Shown one piece after another: positions 56,482-64,000 of a stretch of DNA of 64,000 nucleotides (position 1 is the stretch's first letter; every line of letters starts with the position of its first letter). Source of the DNA: Patescibacteria group bacterium (GTDB taxonomy: Bacteria > Patescibacteriota > Patescibacteriia > PEXW01); NCBI GenBank assembly GCA_041665345.1, contig JBAYJA010000005.1, positions 2,913 through 66,912 of the forward strand, in the 5' to 3' direction. The position numbers and the translations under genes were made by a program. The notes beneath the pieces were generated by a model. The model saw only the letters and a program-made list of their open reading frames with translations. It was not told the DNA's origin and did no database searches.

Positions 56482-56584
56482 TTTTTACTCCTTTCCTTGT
56501 GTGAACAGCTTACGGGCAGGAGCATTTGGGTGTCAAGCTTATGCAGGAATTGCCTACGCCCACGAAGTACGGTATGGTTTGTGC

Positions 56585-57373
56585 ATGCGCATTCTTTTTT
56601 TAGGCGATGTTGTGGGTAAACCTGGTCGGGCTATCGTGTCCAAGCTGTTGCCACAGCTCAAAAAGGAGTTTTCCCCGGACGTGATTCTGGCTAATGTGGA
56701 AAATCTGGCGCATGGCAAAGGCGTGACCAAGAAAACTTGGGCCGAAGTGCAGGCTGCAGGGGTGATGATTGGCACGTCTGGGAATCACATCCTGAGCAAA
56801 GAAATGGATGCAGCAGCGCTGCTGACTGACCCGGACACGCACGTACTGCGGCCGGCGAATTATCCATCCACCTTCCCTGGGGTTGGTGCGAAGGTTTTTC
56901 CCGTTGCGGGCAAAGAGGTTCTCGTTATGAACTTGAGCGGTGAGGTGAACATGGCGCATGAACCAACATCACCGTTTGTGGCGGTGGAAAAACTGCTGAC
57001 TGAAAACCCAAAGCATGACCTGGTTATTCTGGATCTCCATGCTGAGGCGACCAGTGAAAAAGTCGCCATGGGTTGGTACTTGGACGGTCGGGCAACATTG
57101 GTGGTAGGCACGCACACGCATGTCCCAACGGCGGACGCGCGGATTCTCCCAGGTGGTACGGCCTACGTTACAGACCTGGGTATGTGCGGATTGCAGAATG
57201 GCATTATTGGCGTGGATCGGGAGGCAATTATGCCGCGCTTCTTGGAAAATCGGAAACCGCCCCACGAAATTGCTGAGCATGGGCCCGTGCAATTCTGCAG
57301 CGTTTTGGTGGAAGTTGGGACTGATGGGAAGGCAACAGCCATCCAGCGCATTGACCGCCAAAGTACGGTATAA
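56585..57373 (+). CDS. ymdB: YmdB/TIGR00282 metallophosphoesterase
   Basis: GDVVG.PG, SGNH, RPANYP, HAEATSEK, GTHTH; near rny. Confidence 0.92.
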   Translation: MRILFLGDVVGKPGRAIVSKLLPQLKKEFSPDVILANVENLAHGKGVTKKTWAEVQAAGVMIGTSGNHILSKEMDAAALLTDPDTHVLRPANYPSTFPGVGAKVFPVAGKEVLVMNLSGEVNMAHEPTSPFVAVEKLLTENPKHDLVILDLHAEATSEKVAMGWYLDGRATLVVGTHTHVPTADARILPGGTAYVTDLGMCGLQNGIIGVDREAIMPRFLENRKPPHEIAEHGPVQFCSVLVEVGTDGKATAIQRIDRQSTV

Positions 57374-57415
57374 TAGGAGCAGCTACTTCTTCCAAACCGA
57401 AAGGGGGTGAGCCGT

Positions 57416-57700
57416 ATGAACAAAGCAGAACTCATTGATCGTTTAGCCGAAAAGCTCAACCAGCCCAAGAAGCAGGTGGAGGATGTGCTGGAAGGTTTTC
57501 AGAAAACCGTTATGGAAACGCTCCAAGCGAATGAAGAGGTTACCCTCACAGGTTTTGGCACGTTCATGGCGAAAGAGCGTTCCGCACGTACCGGCGTCAA
57601 CCCTCAGAATCCAACCGAGAAAATTCAGATTGCTGCCGTCCGCGTCCCCAAGTTCAAGGCTGGCAAAGCCCTGAAAGACTGTTTGAAGCACCCAGCGTAA
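57416..57700 (+). CDS. hup: histone-like DNA-binding protein HU
   Basis: MNKAELI, GFGTF, R.G.NP, P.FKAGK.LK. Confidence 0.95.
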   Translation: MNKAELIDRLAEKLNQPKKQVEDVLEGFQKTVMETLQANEEVTLTGFGTFMAKERSARTGVNPQNPTEKIQIAAVRVPKFKAGKALKDCLKHPA

Positions 57701-57779
57701 ATTTTCTTCCATAATGTAAACCGCCCTTGTGGACATACAAGGGCGGAGTTTTGTTTTAAAGTGTGCATGCTTGGAAACA

Positions 57780-57950
57780 CTATCCGTATTGAATTTCGTA
57801 GAGCAACGCGCCAATCAACCAAGTAACAAAAATAATTCCCACAGAAGTTTCAAAGAGCTCATTTGCGCGGAGTGTATTCCAACTCAGAGAACCACCAATC
57901 AGGACAATAACTGTCCAAGGCAGGAAAAAATGCCACCGTTTGTGCGCCAT
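57780..57950 (-). CDS. small 2-TM membrane protein (56 aa, below ORF-track cutoff)
   Basis: MAHKRWHFFLPWTVIVLIGG...IIFVTWLIGALLYEIQYG. Confidence 0.45.
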   Translation of the reverse strand: MAHKRWHFFLPWTVIVLIGGSLSWNTLRANELFETSVGIIFVTWLIGALLYEIQYG

Positions 57951-58060
57951 TTTCAACTCTCACTTTTTTAAAGTTTCTACTATTCCAAGCATACCAATGA
58001 GTCTGGAAGCAGTCAAAAAAGAAACATGAAAAGCCCCGGCCATGTGGTCGGGGCGTTGTA

Positions 58061-58399
58061 TTAGCGTGCGGGTTGTATGAACTTCGGATACTGTGCACTC
58101 AGCGACATGTAGTCATCCTCTGCATCCTGGAGTTGGCAGGCGCAGCTCTCTAAATCCCCATTGGTAAAGGCGGAAAAACTCAGTGCTAACTTTGCCTGGC
58201 AGGAAATCCGGTACGTGTCTGCTGGGAGTGATTGCACGAGATAGTGTACCCATGCCAACCGAAGGAGAAGAATTTTTGCGATTTTTCGGGGACGCTTTGC
58301 CAGGGAATGTGCGGTGTTGCCAAAATGGTCTTTTGCGGTTTTCTCAAGTGCTTGTAACTCAGCTTTTTGCTGCTGGTTCAGCGTTGTGTTTATAGACAC
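58061..58399 (-). CDS. hypothetical protein
   Basis: GTG start after GAGGAGG; terminator hairpin ~58030-58055. Confidence 0.5.
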   Translation of the reverse strand: MSINTTLNQQQKAELQALEKTAKDHFGNTAHSLAKRPRKIAKILLLRLAWVHYLVQSLPADTYRISCQAKLALSFSAFTNGDLESCACQLQDAEDDYMSLSAQYPKFIQPAR

Positions 58400-58499
58400 A
58401 TCAGCCTCCTCGTCAGTGTGTGTAGTCATTGTACATGACCACTGGAGTGCGGCAAGCGCCTTGGCGGATGGTATTTTCCCGAGTACTATAACAGCACCT

Positions 58500-58967
58500 A
58501 TGTCGACCCGAACCCGCCTGCTCACAATCGCCATTCTGTCCCTTGCTGGGATTGCTGTTTCCGCTTACGCCCTGAAGCTCCACTATTCCGTGGAACCTTC
58601 TACGTTTTGCAACTTCAACGCAACCTTCAACTGCGATGTGGTAAATAAGAGTTGGGCCAGCCAAATTGCCGGGGTGCCGGTTGCTTTGCTTGGGATCATT
58701 GGGTATGCCCTTATGCTGGTCGTTAGTCTCTGGTTGCTGCTAATGAAAAAACTGCCCACCCTGGCGTGGGGCGGGCTGGCGCTGGCAAGTCTTGGCGGGC
58801 TGGGCTTTTCTTTGTTTCTGACAGGTGTGGAAATTTTTGACCTGAAAACGTTTTGCGTGCTGTGCTTAGGTTCGCAAGTAGTTATGCTGGCAATCGCCTT
58901 GCTGGTGTGGACCAGTGTGGAGGCGCGTCATTCCTTCCGCTCCTGGTTCTTCTCCTCAGCTTCCTGA
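58500..58967 (+). CDS. vitamin K epoxide reductase (VKOR) family protein
   Basis: C.......CD.V..S.....GVP, C-terminal CVLC. Confidence 0.9.
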   Translation: MSTRTRLLTIAILSLAGIAVSAYALKLHYSVEPSTFCNFNATFNCDVVNKSWASQIAGVPVALLGIIGYALMLVVSLWLLLMKKLPTLAWGGLALASLGGLGFSLFLTGVEIFDLKTFCVLCLGSQVVMLAIALLVWTSVEARHSFRSWFFSSAS

Positions 58968-59182
58968 GCACCAAGTTTTGCCAATCGCATTGTCAGCCAG
59001 ACAACAACAACGGTAACAATGATTGCATAGCCAAACTTGGCCACGAGGCCACTTGCGGTGCCAAAAATCCTGGCGAACAAGTCTTTCACCGCCTCATTCC
59101 AGGCTAACGCCGCTATCAGACCCAGGGCTCCAGTAATGAGCGTTCGGATCTGCTCTGCAACGGCTTTGGTCGTCTTTGGCAT
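58928..59182 (-). CDS. DUF5654-like small membrane protein
   Basis: LITGALGLIAALAWNEAV, YAIIVT. Confidence 0.75.
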   Translation of the reverse strand: MPKTTKAVAEQIRTLITGALGLIAALAWNEAVKDLFARIFGTASGLVAKFGYAIIVTVVVVWLTMRLAKLGAQEAEEKNQERKE

Positions 59183-59216
59183 ATGTGAAGTATATCATGG
59201 ACAGGATGAGGAGTGC

Positions 59217-59448
59217 GGCAAGGGTTTGGATGCTCGTTAGGGTTTAGGGTATGGAAGGGGGGAGATTTTCTTGGAGGTTGCACCAATCTTTCGTCACGAA
59301 GGCAAGCTTCTCCTGGTAAGCATTACCCCTCCGCACCTCCCCTTAGTAAAGGGGAGGACGGGTTTTGTGGTGAAAGCTCAAGACTCTTCCTATTCGTAAT
59401 TCGTACTTTCGTAGCATCTATTCGTATTTCGTAACTGTATTCGTATAT
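59217..59448 (+). repeat. mosaic intergenic repeat with TTCGTA array (copy upstream of pilT unit)
   Basis: GGCAAGGGTTTGGATGCTCGTTAGG, CTCCCCTT-AGTA-AAGGGGAG; abuts TTGACG-17-TAGAAT. Confidence 0.85.
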
Positions 59449-59500
59449 TTGACGAAAGTGAAAAAACATGCTAGAATACATTTAGAAATAAAGAACAAAT

Positions 59501-59653
59501 ATGAAAAAACTTTCACCAGCCTTCCCCTCGGGGCATATTAGCTTGGTCATGCTAGGACAGACCATGTACTACGAAAAGGCATCAATGTCACTGGGCCACC
59601 GCATGGCCAAGCGCATTTTTGGTGCATTGAAAAAGAAACCCGCCCAGCGGTAA
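59501..59653 (+). CDS. small basic ORF (50 aa) upstream of pilT
   Basis: Directly downstream of a good promoter; ends 10 nt before pilT. Confidence 0.35.
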   Translation: MKKLSPAFPSGHISLVMLGQTMYYEKASMSLGHRMAKRIFGALKKKPAQR

Positions 59654-59663
59654 CGCGTCCTTT

Positions 59664-60710
59664 ATGATTAAAATTGACGACCTGTTTCGCATCGCGGTTG
59701 ACCGCCGGGCCTCCGACGTCCATATTGTTTCCGGCAAACCACCAATCCTCCGCATTGATGGGAATTTAGTTGAGGTTGAAGGTATTCCACCCTTGGCGCC
59801 AAAAGACACCCAGGCGTTGATTTTCTCCATCATGAATGACAAGCAGAAGCAGTTGTTCATTGGTGACCGGGAATTGGATATGTCCTACGAGATTCCCGGT
59901 GGGTATCGCTTCCGTGTGAATTGTCACTGGGAGCGTAACAACGCCGGTTTAGTTGCGCGTATCATTTCCCAGCAAATTCCAGCCATGGAAGATTTGGCCA
60001 TGCCGCAGGTAGTGTACGACCTGATCAAGCAGAAGCAGGGGCTCATTTTGGTCACTGGCCCTACGGGTTGTGGGAAGTCCACTTCCTTGGCTGCCATGAT
60101 TGACTACATTAATAATGACCGTGCGGCGCACATCATCACCCTGGAAGATCCCATTGAATTCATCTACGAATCCAAGAAGTCCATTATCAAGCAGCGCCAA
60201 CTTGGAACGGACATTCTCTCCTTTGGCCAGGCACTGAAGCATGTGTTGCGCCAAGACCCCAACGTGATTTTGGTGGGGGAAATGCGCGATTTGGAAACCA
60301 TTTCTGCCACCATTACCTTGGCGGAGACTGGACACTTGGTTCTGGCTACCCTGCACACCTTCAACGCCGCGCAAACCGTGGATCGCATCATCGACGTGTT
60401 CCCACCCTACCAGCAAGACCAAGTCCGCATTCAGCTCTCCCTCTTCTTAAAGGGAATTATCTCCCAGCAGCTCTTGCCCCGGATGAATGGCGGACGTATT
60501 TCGTCCCGGGAAATTCTCATTAACACGCCAGCAATTGCAAACTTGATTCGGGAGAACAAGGTGGCGCAAATTAAAACCGTCATTCAAACGTCGGCAGAAG
60601 ATGGCATGATCACCATGGACCAAGATTTGAAGCGTTTGTACGACGCGGGGGAAATTGCGGAAGACATTGCCCGGGCGTACATGCTGAATCCAGAAACACT
60701 GAAAGGGTAA
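59664..60710 (+). CDS. pilT: type IV pilus retraction ATPase PilT
   Basis: ASDVH, GPTGCGKST, EDPIE, LRQDP, AETGHLV..TLHT. Confidence 0.93.
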   Translation: MIKIDDLFRIAVDRRASDVHIVSGKPPILRIDGNLVEVEGIPPLAPKDTQALIFSIMNDKQKQLFIGDRELDMSYEIPGGYRFRVNCHWERNNAGLVARIISQQIPAMEDLAMPQVVYDLIKQKQGLILVTGPTGCGKSTSLAAMIDYINNDRAAHIITLEDPIEFIYESKKSIIKQRQLGTDILSFGQALKHVLRQDPNVILVGEMRDLETISATITLAETGHLVLATLHTFNAAQTVDRIIDVFPPYQQDQVRIQLSLFLKGIISQQLLPRMNGGRISSREILINTPAIANLIRENKVAQIKTVIQTSAEDGMITMDQDLKRLYDAGEIAEDIARAYMLNPETLKG

Positions 60711-60800
60711 GCAATATAGTCTACGAAGTGCAATAAACGAGCCCCGCAGCCAGCGGGGTTTCTTGCATATCAGCGCGTTCACTGCTACGTTGGAAGCCGA

Positions 60801-60876
60801 GCGCCCGTAGCTCAACGGATAGAGTACATGGCTTCGAACCATGGGGTTGGGGGTTCGATTCCCTCCGGGCGCACCA
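60801..60876 (+). tRNA. tRNA-Arg(TCG)
   Basis: Cloverleaf, anticodon loop CTTCGAA, CCA. Confidence 0.95.
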
Positions 60877-61022
60877 GCTCGTTTCGTGCTCCGCCCTGCG
60901 TGTAGCCGTTGCTACGGCTCCACTCCGGACTCCGCACGAAGCCTCGCTTTGCCCCACAAACCCGTGCTCCCCTTCGATTCGCTTCGCTCACTCAGGGTCC
61001 GCTTCGTGTTTGTGGGGACCCC
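60877..61022 (+). repeat. tRNA-trailer structured element
   Basis: Begins right after CCA; ends GTGGGGACCCC. Confidence 0.92.
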
Positions 61023-61033
61023 GAAGAAAGCTC

Positions 61034-61110
61034 GGGCAACTAGCTCAGTTGGTTAGAGCGTCTCGTTTACACCGAGAAGGTCGTAGGTTCGACTCCTACG
61101 TTGCCCACCA
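61034..61110 (+). tRNA. tRNA-Val(TAC)
   Basis: Cloverleaf, anticodon loop TTTACAC, CCA. Confidence 0.95.
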
Positions 61111-61245
61111 GCTCGTTTCGCGCTCAGAGCTGCGCGTATCCGGTTGCTACCGAATCCGCTCCGCCCGTCGCGCGAAGCCTCGCTTTACCCCAGAAACGCG
61201 TGCTCGTCCTGATGCAGGACTGCGCGCCACATTTCTGGGGACCCC
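61111..61245 (+). repeat. tRNA-trailer structured element
   Basis: Begins right after CCA; ends TGGGGACCCC. Confidence 0.92.
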
Positions 61246-61257
61246 GGAAAAAATTAT

Positions 61258-61333
61258 GGGCCCTTAGCTCATTTGGTAGAGCGCCGCGTTTGCAACGCGG
61301 AGGTGACCGGTTCGAGCCCGGTAGGGTCCACCA
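61258..61333 (+). tRNA. tRNA-Ala(TGC)
   Basis: Cloverleaf, G3:U70, anticodon loop TTTGCAA, CCA. Confidence 0.95.
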
Positions 61334-61466
61334 GCTCGTTTCGCGCTCAGAGCTGCGCGTAGACGTTGCTACGTCTCCGTTCCGCCCTTCGCGCGAAGCC
61401 TCGCTTTGCCCCACGAACGCGTGCTCGTCCTGCGGCAGGACTACGCGCCACATTCGTGGGGACCCC
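61334..61466 (+). repeat. tRNA-trailer structured element
   Basis: Begins right after CCA; ends GTGGGGACCCC. Confidence 0.92.
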
Positions 61467-61595
61467 GGAGATGCTGAGCATATTTGAGTAATATTACTCC
61501 GCACGAATTTCGTCCCACTGCGTTTTTCACAGCGGCAGCTTTTTTCAGATACCAGTGCATTGCCATGACGAACACAGAATTGCTACTCTATTATT

Positions 61596-61994
61596 ATGAC
61601 TAACGAGATAACCGCTTACAATAATTTACAAGCAAAGAAGGAGAAAAGCATTTGCGATGCCCTACGTCGGGTGATTGATGCCTCTTTGCCAAAGGCTGAG
61701 AGTAAAGTGTGGCACGGTGGGCCAGTGTGGTTTTTGGCTGGGAATCCAATTGTTGGTTACTCGCTGCGGAAGCAGGGTGTGCAGCTTCTGTTCTGGAGCG
61801 GTATGTCGTTTGCTGAAACAGACCTCCTGCCCGTTGGGAACGTCAAAAAGTTCAAGGCTGCTGGTGTTATCTACACTGACCGTAAGGAGCTGAAGCATGC
61901 ACTCATCAAACGTTGGCTGCGGAAAGCAAAAACCATCCAGTGGGATTATAAGAATATTATCAAGCGACGAGGGAAACTGGTGCGGCTGAAGTAG
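61596..61994 (+). CDS. DUF1801 (YdhG-like) protein
   Basis: KVWHG.PVWFL.GNPIVGY, LLFWSG, IQWDYKN. Confidence 0.8.
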   Translation: MTNEITAYNNLQAKKEKSICDALRRVIDASLPKAESKVWHGGPVWFLAGNPIVGYSLRKQGVQLLFWSGMSFAETDLLPVGNVKKFKAAGVIYTDRKELKHALIKRWLRKAKTIQWDYKNIIKRRGKLVRLK

Positions 61995-62000
61995 GATGTG

Positions 62001-62158
62001 TTACCTGATCGCCTGCTTCAGCAACGTAACAATTTTCTTTCCTCAGTAGTCCCTAACTTCTTCAAAGCAAAAGCAACGGGCCACATGCTGCCATCGTCGA
62101 GCTTGGCCGTGTTCTGAAAATTCAGGGTTGAGTAGCGGTCCTTGAATTTATTTGCAAC
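62001..62158 (-). pseudogene. 3' remnant of a DUF1801/YdhG-like gene, frameshifted
   Basis: KFKDRYSTLNF..AKLDDGSMWPVAFAL, frameshift in the A-rich stretch, then IVTLLKQAIR-stop. Confidence 0.55.
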
Positions 62159-62170
62159 CATTTTCCCCAT

Positions 62171-63334
62171 TTAGCTTTGCTTGGCTTTTAGGGCTTCCCC
62201 GGCTTCCTGGCCAATTACCTGAAGTTCATCAACATATTCCCTGGCCCTTTTCCGCTGTCCCGGATGCTTGACTATGTAGCCGGTGGATTTCACTTTCCCC
62301 CATTCAAAATCATTTAACCCCTGATACTCCATATCTTGACTGCGAACGTCGTGCCGATCTCTTGAATGCAATGCTTTACTTGTTGGCTTCCTGGAGATTT
62401 CTTTATTTATTGGCCATTTGATATTTTTTTCTTGAGCGTATCTTTCGCCCTCATTCTGTATTTGGTTTCTTGCGGAATCTTCTAGTTTTTTTTCCCAAAA
62501 ATCATTAATACTAATCTCATTGTCTAAGCAATACCGTTTAATATGCTCTTTCACTTGATTAGGTACATTTTCTTTGTGCCACAAGTCCATTCTTGCTGAG
62601 CTATTTATTAAAACTTCTGGTGTTGACTGTTGAGATCCCCATATCTCAGGCTCGTTGTCTTTCAAAATTTTGTGGAAAGTTTTTATAACCGAGATCAGAG
62701 ACCCATAATACATACCACGTTTTTGGGTTTCACTATTTTTGGTATCAAGTTTTGCGGTATTGTTATCAAATTTATACAAGAAATTATCGTAATCTTTTTG
62801 CGTTGGCGCGTCGCTGTAAGTTTCAATGCCATGAATATTCCCCTCATCAAAGACAATAATTTTGGGGTTCTCCTTGCTAATAATTCTTTTCAATCGCTCC
62901 TCCATTTGAGGAGCGTAAGATTCTTGCGCCATTTTTTGAACCAACCCGTCATCGTTATTTTCTAACCATTTAAATAGCATTGGATCCACCCGTAGAAACC
63001 TGGGGATTGATTCCTCTCCCTGGAAGGCTGCTTTCCACGCCGCTTTGAGTACGTAACCATATGGAATGGCGCTCGAATCCGTAACAAAAACGTAGTCTGG
63101 CTTGATTTCATCGTGCCACTGCGTTACGACCTTAGCTGCCCAGTTTTTGATCCTCTCAGTTTGATGTTCCGTAAGCTGCTCCCGCCAGCCCTTATTAAAA
63201 TCGTAGTTTTCTGCCTTCGTATTCGGCTTATTCACACTCTGGCTTCTCTCTATCGTCTGACTATCATCCTGCTGCCCCAGCGCAGGACTTGGTTCACTCT
63301 CCTGTACATGTCGGTAGTCTTCAGGATTCCCCAT
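62171..63334 (-). CDS. hypothetical protein, AT-rich
   Basis: 387 aa ORF; PDYVF.TD.SA.PYG and IIVFDE segments suggest a PRTase-like fold (weak). Confidence 0.7.
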   Translation of the reverse strand: MGNPEDYRHVQESEPSPALGQQDDSQTIERSQSVNKPNTKAENYDFNKGWREQLTEHQTERIKNWAAKVVTQWHDEIKPDYVFVTDSSAIPYGYVLKAAWKAAFQGEESIPRFLRVDPMLFKWLENNDDGLVQKMAQESYAPQMEERLKRIISKENPKIIVFDEGNIHGIETYSDAPTQKDYDNFLYKFDNNTAKLDTKNSETQKRGMYYGSLISVIKTFHKILKDNEPEIWGSQQSTPEVLINSSARMDLWHKENVPNQVKEHIKRYCLDNEISINDFWEKKLEDSARNQIQNEGERYAQEKNIKWPINKEISRKPTSKALHSRDRHDVRSQDMEYQGLNDFEWGKVKSTGYIVKHPGQRKRAREYVDELQVIGQEAGEALKAKQS

Positions 63335-63521
63335 GCATTCATTTTAGCACATGGTCAGGCTAAGGAATTTCCCGCATTTTTCGTAGTTAATTAAAACCAA
63401 GTGAACCCACTTTACGTGATGAATCCATACCTTTATATCGTATCTTGCTCCTTTGTCGAGTTTTGGAATAGAAAAGAAGAGTGGGTAAATGAAAAAGCCA
63501 CGCGCATGTGCAACGTGGCTG

Positions 63522-64000
63522 TTAGAAGGTTCGATCTTTTTGGAGAAAATCTTGGAGCAGCTTCGCACGTAGGGGGTGCTGAAACCACTTGAGGATTATC
63601 TTTTTTATTTGACGAGTTCGTTCTCTTGAGAGATTGTACCGTTCACCAATCTCTTCTAAGGTTAATGGCCCCTCACCATTCAACCCAAAGTAGAGCATGA
63701 AGATTTCTGCGTCCCTCGATGGAAGCGTATAAAGCAATGAACGGATGATGTTGCGGAGCTCCTCTTGTTCCAGGGCAATGGGTGCTAGAACTGCATGATC
63801 ATCGGCGATGGTGTCCATTGCGGATCCATCACTTTCACCGTCAAAGAACATTTCAAGTGAGACGTGGGAATCACGAACCTGGTAGGTCGCCAGAATTTCC
63901 GCCTCGGTCATCTTTGTTGCAGCAGCAATCTCTTCCACACTTGGCTCGCGATCAAAACTGTGTAGCAATTTTTGGCTCACCTCATTCACAGTGTGCTTAT
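63522..64000 (-). CDS. sigma-70 family RNA polymerase sigma factor, regions 3-4 (5' truncated by window edge)
   Basis: REPSVEEIA, VSLE, TLEEIG....LSRER.RQI. Confidence 0.88.
   Translation of the reverse strand, partial: KHTVNEVSQKLLHSFDREPSVEEIAAATKMTEAEILATYQVRDSHVSLEMFFDGESDGSAMDTIADDHAVLAPIALEQEELRNIIRSLLYTLPSRDAEIFMLYFGLNGEGPLTLEEIGERYNLSRERTRQIKKIILKWFQHPLRAKLLQDFLQKDRTF

Noticed and set aside
60801-61466. CRISPR-like repeat/spacer periodicity
   Set aside because: The intervening units are tRNA genes, the repeats are ~140 nt, and no cas genes are present
1-64000. Alternative genetic code (TGA=Gly), prophage, or DGR/retron
   Set aside because: Conserved genes such as clpP end at TGA at their expected length; no phage structural, integrase or reverse transcriptase genes were seen

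Overview
This is a chromosomal window from a small-genome bacterium, most likely CPR/Patescibacteria (inferred from gene content, leaderless-looking housekeeping genes, TrmB regulators and the tRNA set). It uses the standard genetic code. Core genes include purL, purM, ddl, tkt, gdh, trxB-like/trxA, cutA, trmH, infB, rbfA, nrnA, clpP, rny, ymdB, hup, pilT and a partial sigma-70. Many short orphan genes sit between them, each typically with its own promoter, Shine-Dalgarno site and terminator. There are six tRNA genes (Ala-GGC, Ala-CGC, Arg-CCT, Arg-TCG, Val-TAC, Ala-TGC) and three perfect parS-type palindromes. The strongest unexplained signal is a ~135-150 nt two-domain structured element after all six tRNA genes: directly after the CCA in five cases and ~195 nt downstream in the sixth. 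Its copies show compensatory base changes and swappable apical hairpins. Other notable signals are a mosaic intergenic repeat family ending in TTCGTA arrays next to -35 boxes, a duplicated ~110 bp terminator-ended element, identical terminators behind unrelated orphan genes, a CxxC-less TrxB paralogue, a recurring CxCxCH Cys-rich domain, and an AsnRS-like gene lacking its anticodon domain behind an attenuator-like leader. I saw no CRISPR array, rRNA, transposase or integrase. All family assignments come from reading motifs by eye, not from database searches.
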